DNA of 64,000 nucleotides from an uncultured bacterium (GTDB lineage Bacteria; Muiribacteriota; Ozemobacteria; Ozemobacterales; Ozemobacteraceae): NCBI GenBank assembly GCA_964596185.1, contig CAZQUE010000001.1, positions 6,545 to 70,544 of the forward strand, read 5' to 3'. Shown piece by piece: positions 38,706 to 47,424 of this stretch (position 1 is its first letter; each line of letters starts with the position of its first letter). The notes under the pieces were generated by a model. It saw only the letters and a program-made list of their open reading frames with translations, ran no database searches and was not told where the DNA came from. The position numbers and the translations under genes were made by a program.

Positions 38706-40648
38706 TGAATGAAACCGTTTTAACGAGTAATCTCAGTTTGCTGAAACGCCATCCGGCTTTGAGCAGCGTGGTTTCGCAATGGCAAAAAACTGGTTGCGAA
38801 AAAGATTACCTGTTAGAAATGGCAAAATCAGGGATTCCAACATTGATTGTTAAGCCTGAGGGAGGAAAACCCATAGGTTATCACAGTCGATATGATCCGG
38901 TTAAAGAGGCTGAAAAGCAGATCGATGCTGCCTACGATGGCCAGACGCATATTCTGCTTCTGGGATTCGGCCTTGGGTATATGACAGAAGCTTTGTTGAA
39001 GAGAATGCCAACCACCGTGAGCGGACCGCAGATTTTTGTGGTTGAGCCCGATATTGGTGTTTTTAACAGCGCTCTCAGATCCCGTGATTTGAAAGATTTG
39101 CTTGCCAGCCCTCGTATTGCCTGGTGTGTCGGCATGACGCCAGATCAGATCGGTGACTTCTGGAATACAAACCTGGATTGGACCGTTCTGGACAAATTGG
39201 CCATCATCGATCATCCGCCGAGTATGGCGCGATTCAAATCGATATTTGCCAGAGTTGTCGAAAAAATCAGGTATCTTTGCAACCGCTCGAAAGGCAATCT
39301 GGTTACCTTAATGCATGCCGGGTTTGAATTTCATTCGAATAACTTTGCCAATCTGGCTGAAAGCTTTGTTTTGCCAGGTATTGGCAGATTGTTTGGCAAA
39401 TTTGCTGGTATTCCGGCAATCATTGTTGCTGCAGGCCCTTCTCTTGACAAAAATATGCATTTGCTGAAGAAAGTTAAGGGAAAATTCCCTATTCTTGCTG
39501 TGGATACCGCTTTCCGGCAGTTAATTGCCAACGGTATCAAGCCAGACATTGTTTGTGCGGCCGATCCATCTTATGAAAACTCTCTTGATTTTGTCGGGGT
39601 AGAAGACGTTGACGAGGTGGTGCTTGCGCTAGAGCCAATGACACATCCCGATATATACGCCAGTTTTACTGGCCCCCGTATGCTAATGACTTTTGGTGGC
39701 GGTCTTTACCCAATTTTTGAGTCTTATCGTGAGCCGGTGGGAAAATTGGTGTGTTGGGGTTCTATTGCTACCACAGTTTTTGATTTGGCCAAAAATCTGG
39801 GTGCCGATCCTTTGGTGTTCATTGGTCTCGACCTTTCTTTCGCAGATGGGCGCATGCATGCGCGTGGCTCATATTCAGACGATATGCTTTATGAAAAGGT
39901 CAACGCCTATAATTCGATCGAGCATGAAACTGCCGACTACATACTCACTCGCGGCACCTATAAGTTTTCCAGACCTGATGGTATGATTCTTTATACCGAT
40001 CAGAACATGAAGCTATACAAGGACTGGTTTGAAGATCAGTTTCGTCAGATCGACCGTCAGGTTATCAATGCAACCGAAGGCGGAATCGTCGATCGCTATG
40101 TGGATCGGCTCAGTCTTGAGCAGGTAATTGAAAAATATGCCGATCGAACGGTCGATATTGCTGGGATTATTGCAGAAGCTTTGAAAAAACCGGTCGAGGC
40201 TGATGTTGGTGCCCTATTCGACCGATTGAATTTTATTAGAAAAAAAATCAGCAAGAATGAAAGTCTGATGCGGCGATCTGTGGCGGTTTCGAAAAAGTTG
40301 TTGCAAAACCTTGGTAATGCATTGCCAGCAAAGCTGACTGGCACTGCGCATGCAGAATTTTATGACATTCTCAAGAGTCATGACGATTTGTGCAGCGACA
40401 AAGAGCTTTTTCCCTGGCTATCGATTCATCAGGCCAAGTTTATTACCCGCCACATAATGGAATTGAATAATCTCAGAGTAAACAGCGAGGCGACCGTTGC
40501 TGACTGGTTGAATGAGACTGGAGCTTTCTTTGCCGCTCTTGACAGATTTCACCAGTATCAGTTGCCGTTGCTTGATAAAACGCTGGAATCGCTAGATAAG
40601 GCAGGCAGAGCAAACAAACAATTCATTGGGGGAGAATCGAAAAGATGA
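38705..40648 (+). CDS. maf: Motility accessory factor (Maf/DUF115 family, PseE-like putative flagellin nonulosonic-acid glycosyltransferase), paralog 1
   Basis: Core motif GIPAIIVAAGPSLDKN...LAVDTAFRQLIANGIKPDIVCAADP is characteristic of Maf/6-hydroxymethylpterin-diphosphokinase-MptE-like DUF115 proteins. Lies between fliD and fliS. Confidence 0.7.
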   Translation: MNETVLTSNLSLLKRHPALSSVVSQWQKTGCEKDYLLEMAKSGIPTLIVKPEGGKPIGYHSRYDPVKEAEKQIDAAYDGQTHILLLGFGLGYMTEALLKRMPTTVSGPQIFVVEPDIGVFNSALRSRDLKDLLASPRIAWCVGMTPDQIGDFWNTNLDWTVLDKLAIIDHPPSMARFKSIFARVVEKIRYLCNRSKGNLVTLMHAGFEFHSNNFANLAESFVLPGIGRLFGKFAGIPAIIVAAGPSLDKNMHLLKKVKGKFPILAVDTAFRQLIANGIKPDIVCAADPSYENSLDFVGVEDVDEVVLALEPMTHPDIYASFTGPRMLMTFGGGLYPIFESYREPVGKLVCWGSIATTVFDLAKNLGADPLVFIGLDLSFADGRMHARGSYSDDMLYEKVNAYNSIEHETADYILTRGTYKFSRPDGMILYTDQNMKLYKDWFEDQFRQIDRQVINATEGGIVDRYVDRLSLEQVIEKYADRTVDIAGIIAEALKKPVEADVGALFDRLNFIRKKISKNESLMRRSVAVSKKLLQNLGNALPAKLTGTAHAEFYDILKSHDDLCSDKELFPWLSIHQAKFITRHIMELNNLRVNSEATVADWLNETGAFFAALDRFHQYQLPLLDKTLESLDKAGRANKQFIGGESKR

Positions 40649-41073
40649 ACAACCCTTACAATCAAAATGCTGCCTATCGAAAGACTCAAATTGAAACCGC
40701 CTCACCTGAGGCACTGATTTTGATGCTCTATGATGGAGCGATAAGGTTTATCGGTCAGGCTGAAATAGCCTTTGAGGAAAAGAACATCGAGCAGATCAGC
40801 AATCTGTTGTTGAGAATACAGGCAATTTTTACCGAGTTGTTGACTGCTCTGGACAAGGATAAGGGCGGAGAAATCGCTGTAAACCTCGAAAGATTATATG
40901 TGTTCTTTCTTGAACAACTCAGCGAAGCCAATGTGAAAAAAGAAGTTAAGTATCTGCTTGAAATTAAGCCGTTGATTATCGACTTGCGTAATACCTGGGA
41001 GCAGGCGATGCAGAAACATCAGAACTCTGCACCGGCAGCTCCACCGCGCCCACGCTTGAATGTGGCAGTATAA
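40645..41073 (+). CDS. fliS: Flagellin-specific chaperone FliS
   Basis: MNNPYNQNAAYRKTQIETASPEALILMLYDGAIRFIGQA is the canonical FliS N-terminus. 142 aa. Confidence 0.85.
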   Translation: MNNPYNQNAAYRKTQIETASPEALILMLYDGAIRFIGQAEIAFEEKNIEQISNLLLRIQAIFTELLTALDKDKGGEIAVNLERLYVFFLEQLSEANVKKEVKYLLEIKPLIIDLRNTWEQAMQKHQNSAPAAPPRPRLNVAV

Positions 41074-41085
41074 CAGGACAGGGAG

Positions 41086-41274
41086 GTGATTGCTTTGTCT
41101 GGTGTAAACTGTGCTACCAGTAGTTCTGCGGTTGCTGACCTGATGAAAATTCTTGAAACCAGTCAACAGGCGAACCTTGATATGGCTAAAAAAATTATCA
41201 AAGTTGCCAACGCTGCTCAAGTTTCTCAGGCAGAAGCAACAGGATTAGGTCAGGTGCTGGATCTCTACGCCTGA
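41086..41274 (+). CDS. Small YjfB-like putative motility protein (62 aa)
   Basis: Low-complexity A/Q/S-rich helical peptide (...AVADLMKILETSQQANLDMAKKIIKVANAAQVSQAEA...) resembling the YjfB 'putative motility protein' family found next to fliS/fliD in Firmicutes. Weak call. Confidence 0.3.
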   Translation: MIALSGVNCATSSSAVADLMKILETSQQANLDMAKKIIKVANAAQVSQAEATGLGQVLDLYA

Positions 41275-41291
41275 ACTTTTCCCGGGTCCTG

Positions 41292-41330
41292 AAAAAGAGA
41301 AAGATCAGAAATGATTTTTCTCTTTTTTTT
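41292..41330 (+). terminator. Rho-independent terminator after the fliS/yjfB-like unit
   Basis: AAAAAGAGAAAG...TTTTCTCTTTTTTTT inverted repeat with a T-run. Confidence 0.55.
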
Positions 41331-41394
41331 ATGCGGCGATTCTTGTAACATAAGCGGAAACAGCTAAGTCGGAGGTCGCATCATCGCTACCGGA

Positions 41395-43044
41395 ATGATT
41401 CTTTTTGTGAGTGGTCTGCAAAATCTTTATCGCTCACCAACAGATTATGATACAGAAGTTTGCGACGGGCAAAACCTTGTTGAAATTCTTTGGCAAAGAT
41501 TCAGCCAGGCTCAGGTAATTTCTGAAATCAGCCTGGTATTACCTTCAAATATGGCCGGTTCGCTAATCGCTGAGAGTGCTAAAAGGCTTGGTTTGCCCAT
41601 TTTTTTGTTTGACGAAAAAAAAGTTGAGGAGAAACCCCTGGCCCTTAGGCAACAGAGATGGAATCTTGAGGATGATAGTGGTTGCGAAGAGTGGGTGGGT
41701 GCAGCTTTGCTCGAGCCGATTACTCAGTTTAAATGGTCGGAAGTGATTCTGCTGCCGCTGGAGAATCTTCTGGTTGAGCCAGAGTCTGTGCGGCAAAGTT
41801 TACAGCTTTTTGACCAGGAGAGCTTTGAAGTCTGTTTTTCGGCAGATCGGCAAACCGGAGCAAACTGGACCATTTTCAGTAGCGAAGTTTTACGGGCTAT
41901 GATGCTGAATCACGAGGATTTAATGTGGGCGAGGGGCGGTCTTGCCTGGGCGGTCCGCAAACCCTTGTACCCTTTCAAACTTGGATTTTTCCATTGCCCG
42001 AGAACCAGGCCGACTTTTAGCTGTGATTTGCGCTTTAACTCGCTGCGAAATCGCAGTGTGTTTGCGCAATCGGACAACAAGGATTTTGACAAGAAAAGCT
42101 TTAATTATGCAGATTGGCTTTCAGGCTCAGGATGGGAAAAATATTACACTGACTTTGCCCCGGCCAATGTTATTATTGAACCTTCTGCGGTTTGTCGAGC
42201 GGCTTGTAGTTGTTGCCCCCATCCTGGATTGCAGAGACGGCAGGGCATGATGACCAGTGAAACTTTCAGGCTGCTTCTAGCTGGTCTGGAGCATCGCGAA
42301 GAATTCCGCTTCATTTTCTCAGGTTTTGGCGAGCCATTGTTGAATCCTGCTTTGCCTGGAATGATCGAGCTTGTGGCGGACTGCTCAACGATGTTGATAA
42401 CTTCGTTGCAGCAGCTGCCTGCGGCGGATTTTCCCCTTTCGGCGGTGGATCAGCTTCGAATAAGTGTTGATGCACTTGAAGAAACCTCTTTTTCCCAATT
42501 GCGAAAAGGCTGTAACTGGAAAAATGTAGAAAAATTCATTGCTGATATAGCAGCTGGCAAAATTGAAGGTAAAGATATTTTACCCGAGATTGGCGTGACT
42601 ATGTTGAGAAGTCGCCATAACGAAGGTCTGGTTTTTCAATTTTTACAGTATTGGAAAAAAGTTGCTCGGCCAGTGTTTAATGAATGGTTTTTCAAGTGGC
42701 CATTTGATCGGCCCGATGACAAAATGCAATGGTATCAGATTCTTGGCGAAAATACCTTCTTGGGTGCCGTAGAAAAGACTACTTCAATAGATTATGTCCC
42801 AGTCAAGCGTCGCCCATGTCGGCACGCCTTGTTAACCGCGACGATTCTCTGGGATGGCTCGGTAACCCTTTGCCCTTATGATGTCGAAGGGAAGATGGTT
42901 GTGGGAAACGTAAAAACGCAGTCTTTTATTGACATCTGGCGTAGTGAGCGGTCGCAGGCCTTCAGAGCCGCTCATCTTAATCTTGATTTTGCCGGTGCTT
43001 CTGAGTTTTGTGGCGTATGCCGTGATTGGTATCACAATATCTGA
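41395..43044 (+). CDS. Fusion protein: degenerate cytidylyltransferase-like (SpsF/NeuA-fold) N-terminal domain plus radical SAM core with a C-terminal SPASM/twitch-like Cys-rich extension
   Basis: CRAACSCC (CxxxCxxC) at roughly residue 265, preceded by NVIIEPS. C-terminal Cys pattern ...RPCRH...LCPYD...FCGVC. The N-terminal roughly 250 aa align loosely with PseF at 59736 but lack the Gly-rich NTP loop. Confidence 0.6.
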   Translation: MILFVSGLQNLYRSPTDYDTEVCDGQNLVEILWQRFSQAQVISEISLVLPSNMAGSLIAESAKRLGLPIFLFDEKKVEEKPLALRQQRWNLEDDSGCEEWVGAALLEPITQFKWSEVILLPLENLLVEPESVRQSLQLFDQESFEVCFSADRQTGANWTIFSSEVLRAMMLNHEDLMWARGGLAWAVRKPLYPFKLGFFHCPRTRPTFSCDLRFNSLRNRSVFAQSDNKDFDKKSFNYADWLSGSGWEKYYTDFAPANVIIEPSAVCRAACSCCPHPGLQRRQGMMTSETFRLLLAGLEHREEFRFIFSGFGEPLLNPALPGMIELVADCSTMLITSLQQLPAADFPLSAVDQLRISVDALEETSFSQLRKGCNWKNVEKFIADIAAGKIEGKDILPEIGVTMLRSRHNEGLVFQFLQYWKKVARPVFNEWFFKWPFDRPDDKMQWYQILGENTFLGAVEKTTSIDYVPVKRRPCRHALLTATILWDGSVTLCPYDVEGKMVVGNVKTQSFIDIWRSERSQAFRAAHLNLDFAGASEFCGVCRDWYHNI

Positions 43045-43183
43045 TGAGTTTAGCGAAACTGAAATTCTTGGTGATGTCTCAAATTCCAGGAACAAAGGGA
43101 ACTAAGGAAAAAGCGGAAGCTTTAATTGCTTTTGCCTGAAGCGCTTTGTTCAGAAGAATATGGTTTTATGTATGGAGGTTTGA

Positions 43184-43504
43184 GTGAATAAGAGCAAATG
43201 CGAACCATGCAGCTCATTTATGTCTAAGTTGAGTCCTGTTGAGTGTGAAAAGTATATTAAAGACCTACCAGAATGGGGACTGAATGATGATTCTACAGAG
43301 ATAGGCCGAAGGTTCTCATTCAAAAATTTTGTCGAAGCCATGGCTTTTGCCACAAAGGTTGGTAAGTTGGCTGAAGAAAAGGGACACCACCCTGTTTTAA
43401 CGGTTGGTTGGGGTTTTTGTAAGGTCAGGTTCAAAACCTCAAAAATCGGTGGATTGCACAAAAATGATTTTGAAATGGCTGCGCTGGTCGAAGAACTAGT
43501 TTAG
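43184..43504 (+). CDS. Pterin-4a-carbinolamine dehydratase (PCD/DCoH family)
   Basis: 106 aa with a conserved core ...FKNFVEAMAFATKVGKLAEEKGHHPVLTVGWGFCKVRFKTSKIGGLHKNDFEMAALVEE ([EDKH]-x3-H-H-P motif). Confidence 0.7.
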   Translation: MNKSKCEPCSSFMSKLSPVECEKYIKDLPEWGLNDDSTEIGRRFSFKNFVEAMAFATKVGKLAEEKGHHPVLTVGWGFCKVRFKTSKIGGLHKNDFEMAALVEELV

Positions 43505-43607
43505 CTGAGAGAATTTTTTGGTTGATTTACAAGGCTGAATTGCTGAGTTATAGTTAAGTTGCTTTATTTTAACTCTTGTGTCTAAAAAATAACAAAAGGG
43601 TAGCAAA

Positions 43608-43838
43608 ATGGTTAATCTTAAGGATGTCTTTTTTAAGGCTTTTGCCTGTGAAGATATTAAAGAAAGTTTTTCTTCGGCAGATATTGCAGGCTGGGATTCA
43701 TTCTCTCATTTGAAATTGGTTATGTTGCTTGAGGAAGAATGCAAGATTTCTTTAACAACTGATGAAGTTGTCGGCATAAAATGTGTTCAAGATGTGATGT
43801 CTTTGCTCGAAAAAAAGAATATTAATTATTCTTTTTAA
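43608..43838 (+). CDS. Acyl carrier protein (stand-alone, accessory)
   Basis: 76 aa. A phosphopantetheine-attachment-like ...GWDSFSHLKLV... segment in an acidic 4-helix context. Adjacent to an FkbH-like enzyme. Confidence 0.65.
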   Translation: MVNLKDVFFKAFACEDIKESFSSADIAGWDSFSHLKLVMLLEEECKISLTTDEVVGIKCVQDVMSLLEKKNINYSF

Positions 43839-43861
43839 TCCTGACCAAATTAAACCAATTT

Positions 43862-44749
43862 ATGGCATTTTCAAAAGAAGACATTCTAAATACATTTGCG
43901 GCAGCAGGACTTAAATCCGGCGATTGCGTTTATGTGCTTGCGGATCTTAGAAAGCCTGGTATTGTTGCTGGTGCAAGCAACAAAGATGAGCTTTGTCAGA
44001 TTTACTTTTCTGCTCTTGAGAGTATTGTTGGTTCTTCAGGAACAATTGTAGTGCCTGCCTTTACCCCTTATATTCTTCGATATGATCTTGATTTTGATCT
44101 AAACAATAGCCCTTCAAGTAACGGGGTTTTTTCGGAATATGTAAGACTTCTTGGCAATTCCCGGCGTAGTCGGCATCCACTATGTTCTTTCGTTGCCAAC
44201 GGAAAAGATGCAGATAAAATCTGCATGAATAACAGTCCTCATTCATACGGACTAGAGACTCCCTTTGATCGCCTATATCATCTGGGTGCGAAGGTGTTGG
44301 CGATAGGTCTGAACTCGGGTTGGGCAATGGGAAGTCCTCACCATGTAGAGGTTTTCCATTGTTCACCTTATAATTACACTAAGGTTCTTTTTAAATCTGT
44401 TTTTGAAAATGGGCAATCGGATAACCGGCAATATTTTAGTACCGCTGCTTATAGAGGGCTTTCATTTCAATACGATCTTTCTCGATGGGCCGAGATGGTT
44501 AGAAGAGCTGGAGCTTTAAAGTCTTATTCTCTTGGGAAAGATAAACTTCATGTCTCTGATTACCGGGTAAACTTTTCTGTCGCTGCTAGAAATTTGGTTA
44601 AAGATCCATACTTTTTTCTGACTTCTCCGATATCTTTCACTCGCGGAGAACTTCCTGCTGATTTGCCCGAAGTTTCAAAAAGTATTCCCCTAAACCTGGC
44701 GGGCTTGCCTATAAGCCGTGGCTTTGATGTAAATGGAGATGACAATTAA
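43862..44749 (+). CDS. Aminoglycoside N3-acetyltransferase (AAC(3))-family acyltransferase
   Basis: Family features: GTIVVPAFT...GVFSEYVR...RSRHPLCSFVANG...ETPFDRLYHLGAKVLAIGL. Most likely acts on an amino-sugar amine in this context. Confidence 0.55.
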   Translation: MAFSKEDILNTFAAAGLKSGDCVYVLADLRKPGIVAGASNKDELCQIYFSALESIVGSSGTIVVPAFTPYILRYDLDFDLNNSPSSNGVFSEYVRLLGNSRRSRHPLCSFVANGKDADKICMNNSPHSYGLETPFDRLYHLGAKVLAIGLNSGWAMGSPHHVEVFHCSPYNYTKVLFKSVFENGQSDNRQYFSTAAYRGLSFQYDLSRWAEMVRRAGALKSYSLGKDKLHVSDYRVNFSVAARNLVKDPYFFLTSPISFTRGELPADLPEVSKSIPLNLAGLPISRGFDVNGDDN

Positions 44750-44751
44750 TA

Positions 44752-45672
44752 ATGAAAAAAAATACTTCTCTGGGGCAATTGCTTTCAATTCTTGAACAAG
44801 ATTATTCGCCTTTCTACAAGACCGTTGCCAATGTTGCCGCAGAGAAAAAAGACCTTTTCGAAGAGTTTGGTGTTTTTTCCTGTGATGCTGCTGTAGAAGC
44901 TTTTGGTCACCAAATTCTAGCCAAGATTGCCCGAGGTTATGTTTATTTTGTGACCGATGTAAATAAAGAACAAATCAAATATTGTTCCCGGGGTCATTAT
45001 AAGAATAAAACCTATAAAGAAGTTTATGATTCCGTTTATAACAATGATGAATACATGGAATTTTATCATTGGGGGGTTTTTGCAACTACCTTTTGCTGGA
45101 AACATCATCTTGAGATTTATGAGTTTTTTAAAACTCGTTTTTTGCAAAAATACGCCAAAGATTGTCGAACCATGGTAGATTTTGGTTCTGGAAGTGGAAT
45201 ATGGAGCTTGAGTAGCGCAAGATTCCTTGAAAAAGTGCAAATGACCGCGATTGACGTGAGTAAAAGTTCTTTGAAGATCGCTGAAAGTCTAGCGATGGGA
45301 AGCAACCTTGCTGAAAGAATTTCATTTCAAGTTGGCGATGCTTTGGCTTTCCATGGGGAGGATAAATTTTCTGCAGGAGTTTCATGCTTCTTGCTTGAAC
45401 ATCTCGAAAATCCAGGAAAGTTGCTTGAAAACCTGAGTGACAATCTGACTCCCGGTGCTCCTTGCTTCGTTACTGGCGCGGTCACCGCTGCAGAAATAGA
45501 TCATATATTTGAATTTAAATCGGAAGCTGAGCTGGTCGAATTGGCTGAGAAAAGCGGCTTTCGTGTCTGTGAAATTTTTTCTGGGTTTCCGGACAGTTTT
45601 TCTCATTCGATGAGGTTTATGCCAAGATCTTTGGCAATGATACTTAAAAAAAAGCATACTGAAACATGGTAG
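44752..45672 (+). CDS. Class I SAM-dependent methyltransferase
   Basis: Motif I VDFGSGSGIWS, and a downstream acidic residue and motif II/III spacing consistent with an O- or N-methyltransferase. Confidence 0.6.
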   Translation: MKKNTSLGQLLSILEQDYSPFYKTVANVAAEKKDLFEEFGVFSCDAAVEAFGHQILAKIARGYVYFVTDVNKEQIKYCSRGHYKNKTYKEVYDSVYNNDEYMEFYHWGVFATTFCWKHHLEIYEFFKTRFLQKYAKDCRTMVDFGSGSGIWSLSSARFLEKVQMTAIDVSKSSLKIAESLAMGSNLAERISFQVGDALAFHGEDKFSAGVSCFLLEHLENPGKLLENLSDNLTPGAPCFVTGAVTAAEIDHIFEFKSEAELVELAEKSGFRVCEIFSGFPDSFSHSMRFMPRSLAMILKKKHTETW

Positions 45673-47414
45673 AAGATTTAAATTTGCTAAAGGCCATTCT
45701 TGAAGACCGTTTGGCTTTGTTTAGAGTTTCAGAGTTAAAAAACTTGCTGAATGAATTTGCTGATGACGATTTTCAATATCGGTCCAAGATTGCTATTCTA
45801 ACCAATTATACCGCGGATAGTTTGAGTTTGTTGCTAGCTGGGCAATTGATGATGTTTGGAATAAAGGCAACAAGCTATTGTTGTGGTTATGATCGTTGGT
45901 TTGATGAGATAATCGATGAGAACTCCGTGCTTAACAAATTTGAGCCAGACATCGCTGTTTTGCACATTTCGTTAATTGGGTTAAGTAATTATGGTTGCTG
46001 GCGGCCAGAAGAGTTTATTGAAAATCTTTCTATTGGTGTTAAGCGTCTTACTGATCGATCCGTAAAGGTCTTGTTGGTATTTCCCGAACCTTTAGATGAT
46101 GAAATAAGGCCGAATACTACCTGGATGCACTGGCGATTTGCGCTTATACAAAAAATGTTTGAATTGGCAGATAGCGACTTGGTCGAGATTTTCGACCCGG
46201 TTCCATCAATGCTCGAATTTGCAAAAAAGTTTCGGGCGAGCCAATATTGGTTTAGTGCCAAGCTACCATTTCATCCAGAATTTTTTGGTTTTTTCTCGGT
46301 CAATTTGGCCCGTGCATTAAAATCTTTGATTTTCAAACCAATCAAACTGATCGCGGTAGACCTTGATAATACTCTCTGGGGGGGTATTGTGGGCGAAGAT
46401 GGGGTTTCTAACCTTGAATTAGATCCATTTTTGCGTGGTGGTGTTTTCATTAGACTTCAACGCTGGCTAAAGGATTTTGCTGATAAGGGTGGATTGCTTG
46501 CTATTCTTTCCAAGAATAATGAAAATGATGTGAGAGAAGTTTTTGAAAAGCGCTCAGAAATGTTGCTGAAATGGGAGGACTTTGTCGCCAAAAAAGTAGA
46601 TTGGAATGATAAAGGACAAAACCTTCTAGAAATCGTTTCAGAGTTAAATATTGGTTTGCAAAGCGTTGCTTTTATTGATGATAGCCCCTTTGAGAGGGAC
46701 TCTGTCAGACGTAGTTGCCCTGAGGTTTTTGTCGTAGATTTTCAACAGATTGAAAATCTTCCCGATTTGCTTAATCGTATGCCTGTGTTTGATCAAATTT
46801 TTAGAATATCTGCGGAAGATAAAGACAAAGGGAAAATATATCAGCGGGAATCTTTACGTAAAGAACTTGAGAAATCATTTTCTACTCACGAAGAATTTCT
46901 AAGGGCTTTGCAGATAACCATTCAACCGCAGCGAATTTGTGCCAAAAATATTAAGAGAGTTACCGAGCTGGTAAGCAAAACAAATCAGTTCAACTTGACT
47001 ACACTACGTCTCAATAACACTGAATTGATGAACTTGGCAAATGATGAAAAAAACTATGCCTTTTGTTTCAAAACCTCGGATAGGTATGGTGATCATGGAA
47101 TTACTGCCGTTTTTATTGCTGTACCAGACGATGAAAAAACATATAGAATTCTTGTTTGGCTTCAAAGCTGCAGAGTTATGGGGCGAGAAATTGAAGCTGG
47201 TCATCTGAAACATCTTTGCGATTGGCTTAATCAAAGAAATATTGAGCTTTTAATCGGTGAATATTTTGCTACTGACAAAAATTTGCCGGTTAAGGATATT
47301 TTTGCCAAAATGGGTTTTTTCAAAATCAATTCAGCTGATTCCAGTGCCAGTTTTGGTCTCAAAGTTCAAGAAAAATCATTTGCACCTTTGCTAAGATTTT
47401 CACTGGATGAATGA
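45666..47414 (+). CDS. FkbH-like HAD-superfamily (HAD-IIIC) enzyme with C-terminal GNAT-like domain; predicted glyceryl-ACP forming
   Basis: HAD motif I IAVDLDNTLWGG, downstream HAD motifs (LAILSKNNENDV, FIDDSPFERD), and a C-terminal acyltransferase-like roughly 150 aa. Adjacent ACP. Confidence 0.6.
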   Translation: MVEDLNLLKAILEDRLALFRVSELKNLLNEFADDDFQYRSKIAILTNYTADSLSLLLAGQLMMFGIKATSYCCGYDRWFDEIIDENSVLNKFEPDIAVLHISLIGLSNYGCWRPEEFIENLSIGVKRLTDRSVKVLLVFPEPLDDEIRPNTTWMHWRFALIQKMFELADSDLVEIFDPVPSMLEFAKKFRASQYWFSAKLPFHPEFFGFFSVNLARALKSLIFKPIKLIAVDLDNTLWGGIVGEDGVSNLELDPFLRGGVFIRLQRWLKDFADKGGLLAILSKNNENDVREVFEKRSEMLLKWEDFVAKKVDWNDKGQNLLEIVSELNIGLQSVAFIDDSPFERDSVRRSCPEVFVVDFQQIENLPDLLNRMPVFDQIFRISAEDKDKGKIYQRESLRKELEKSFSTHEEFLRALQITIQPQRICAKNIKRVTELVSKTNQFNLTTLRLNNTELMNLANDEKNYAFCFKTSDRYGDHGITAVFIAVPDDEKTYRILVWLQSCRVMGREIEAGHLKHLCDWLNQRNIELLIGEYFATDKNLPVKDIFAKMGFFKINSADSSASFGLKVQEKSFAPLLRFSLDE

Positions 47415-47424
47415 TTTAAAATAA

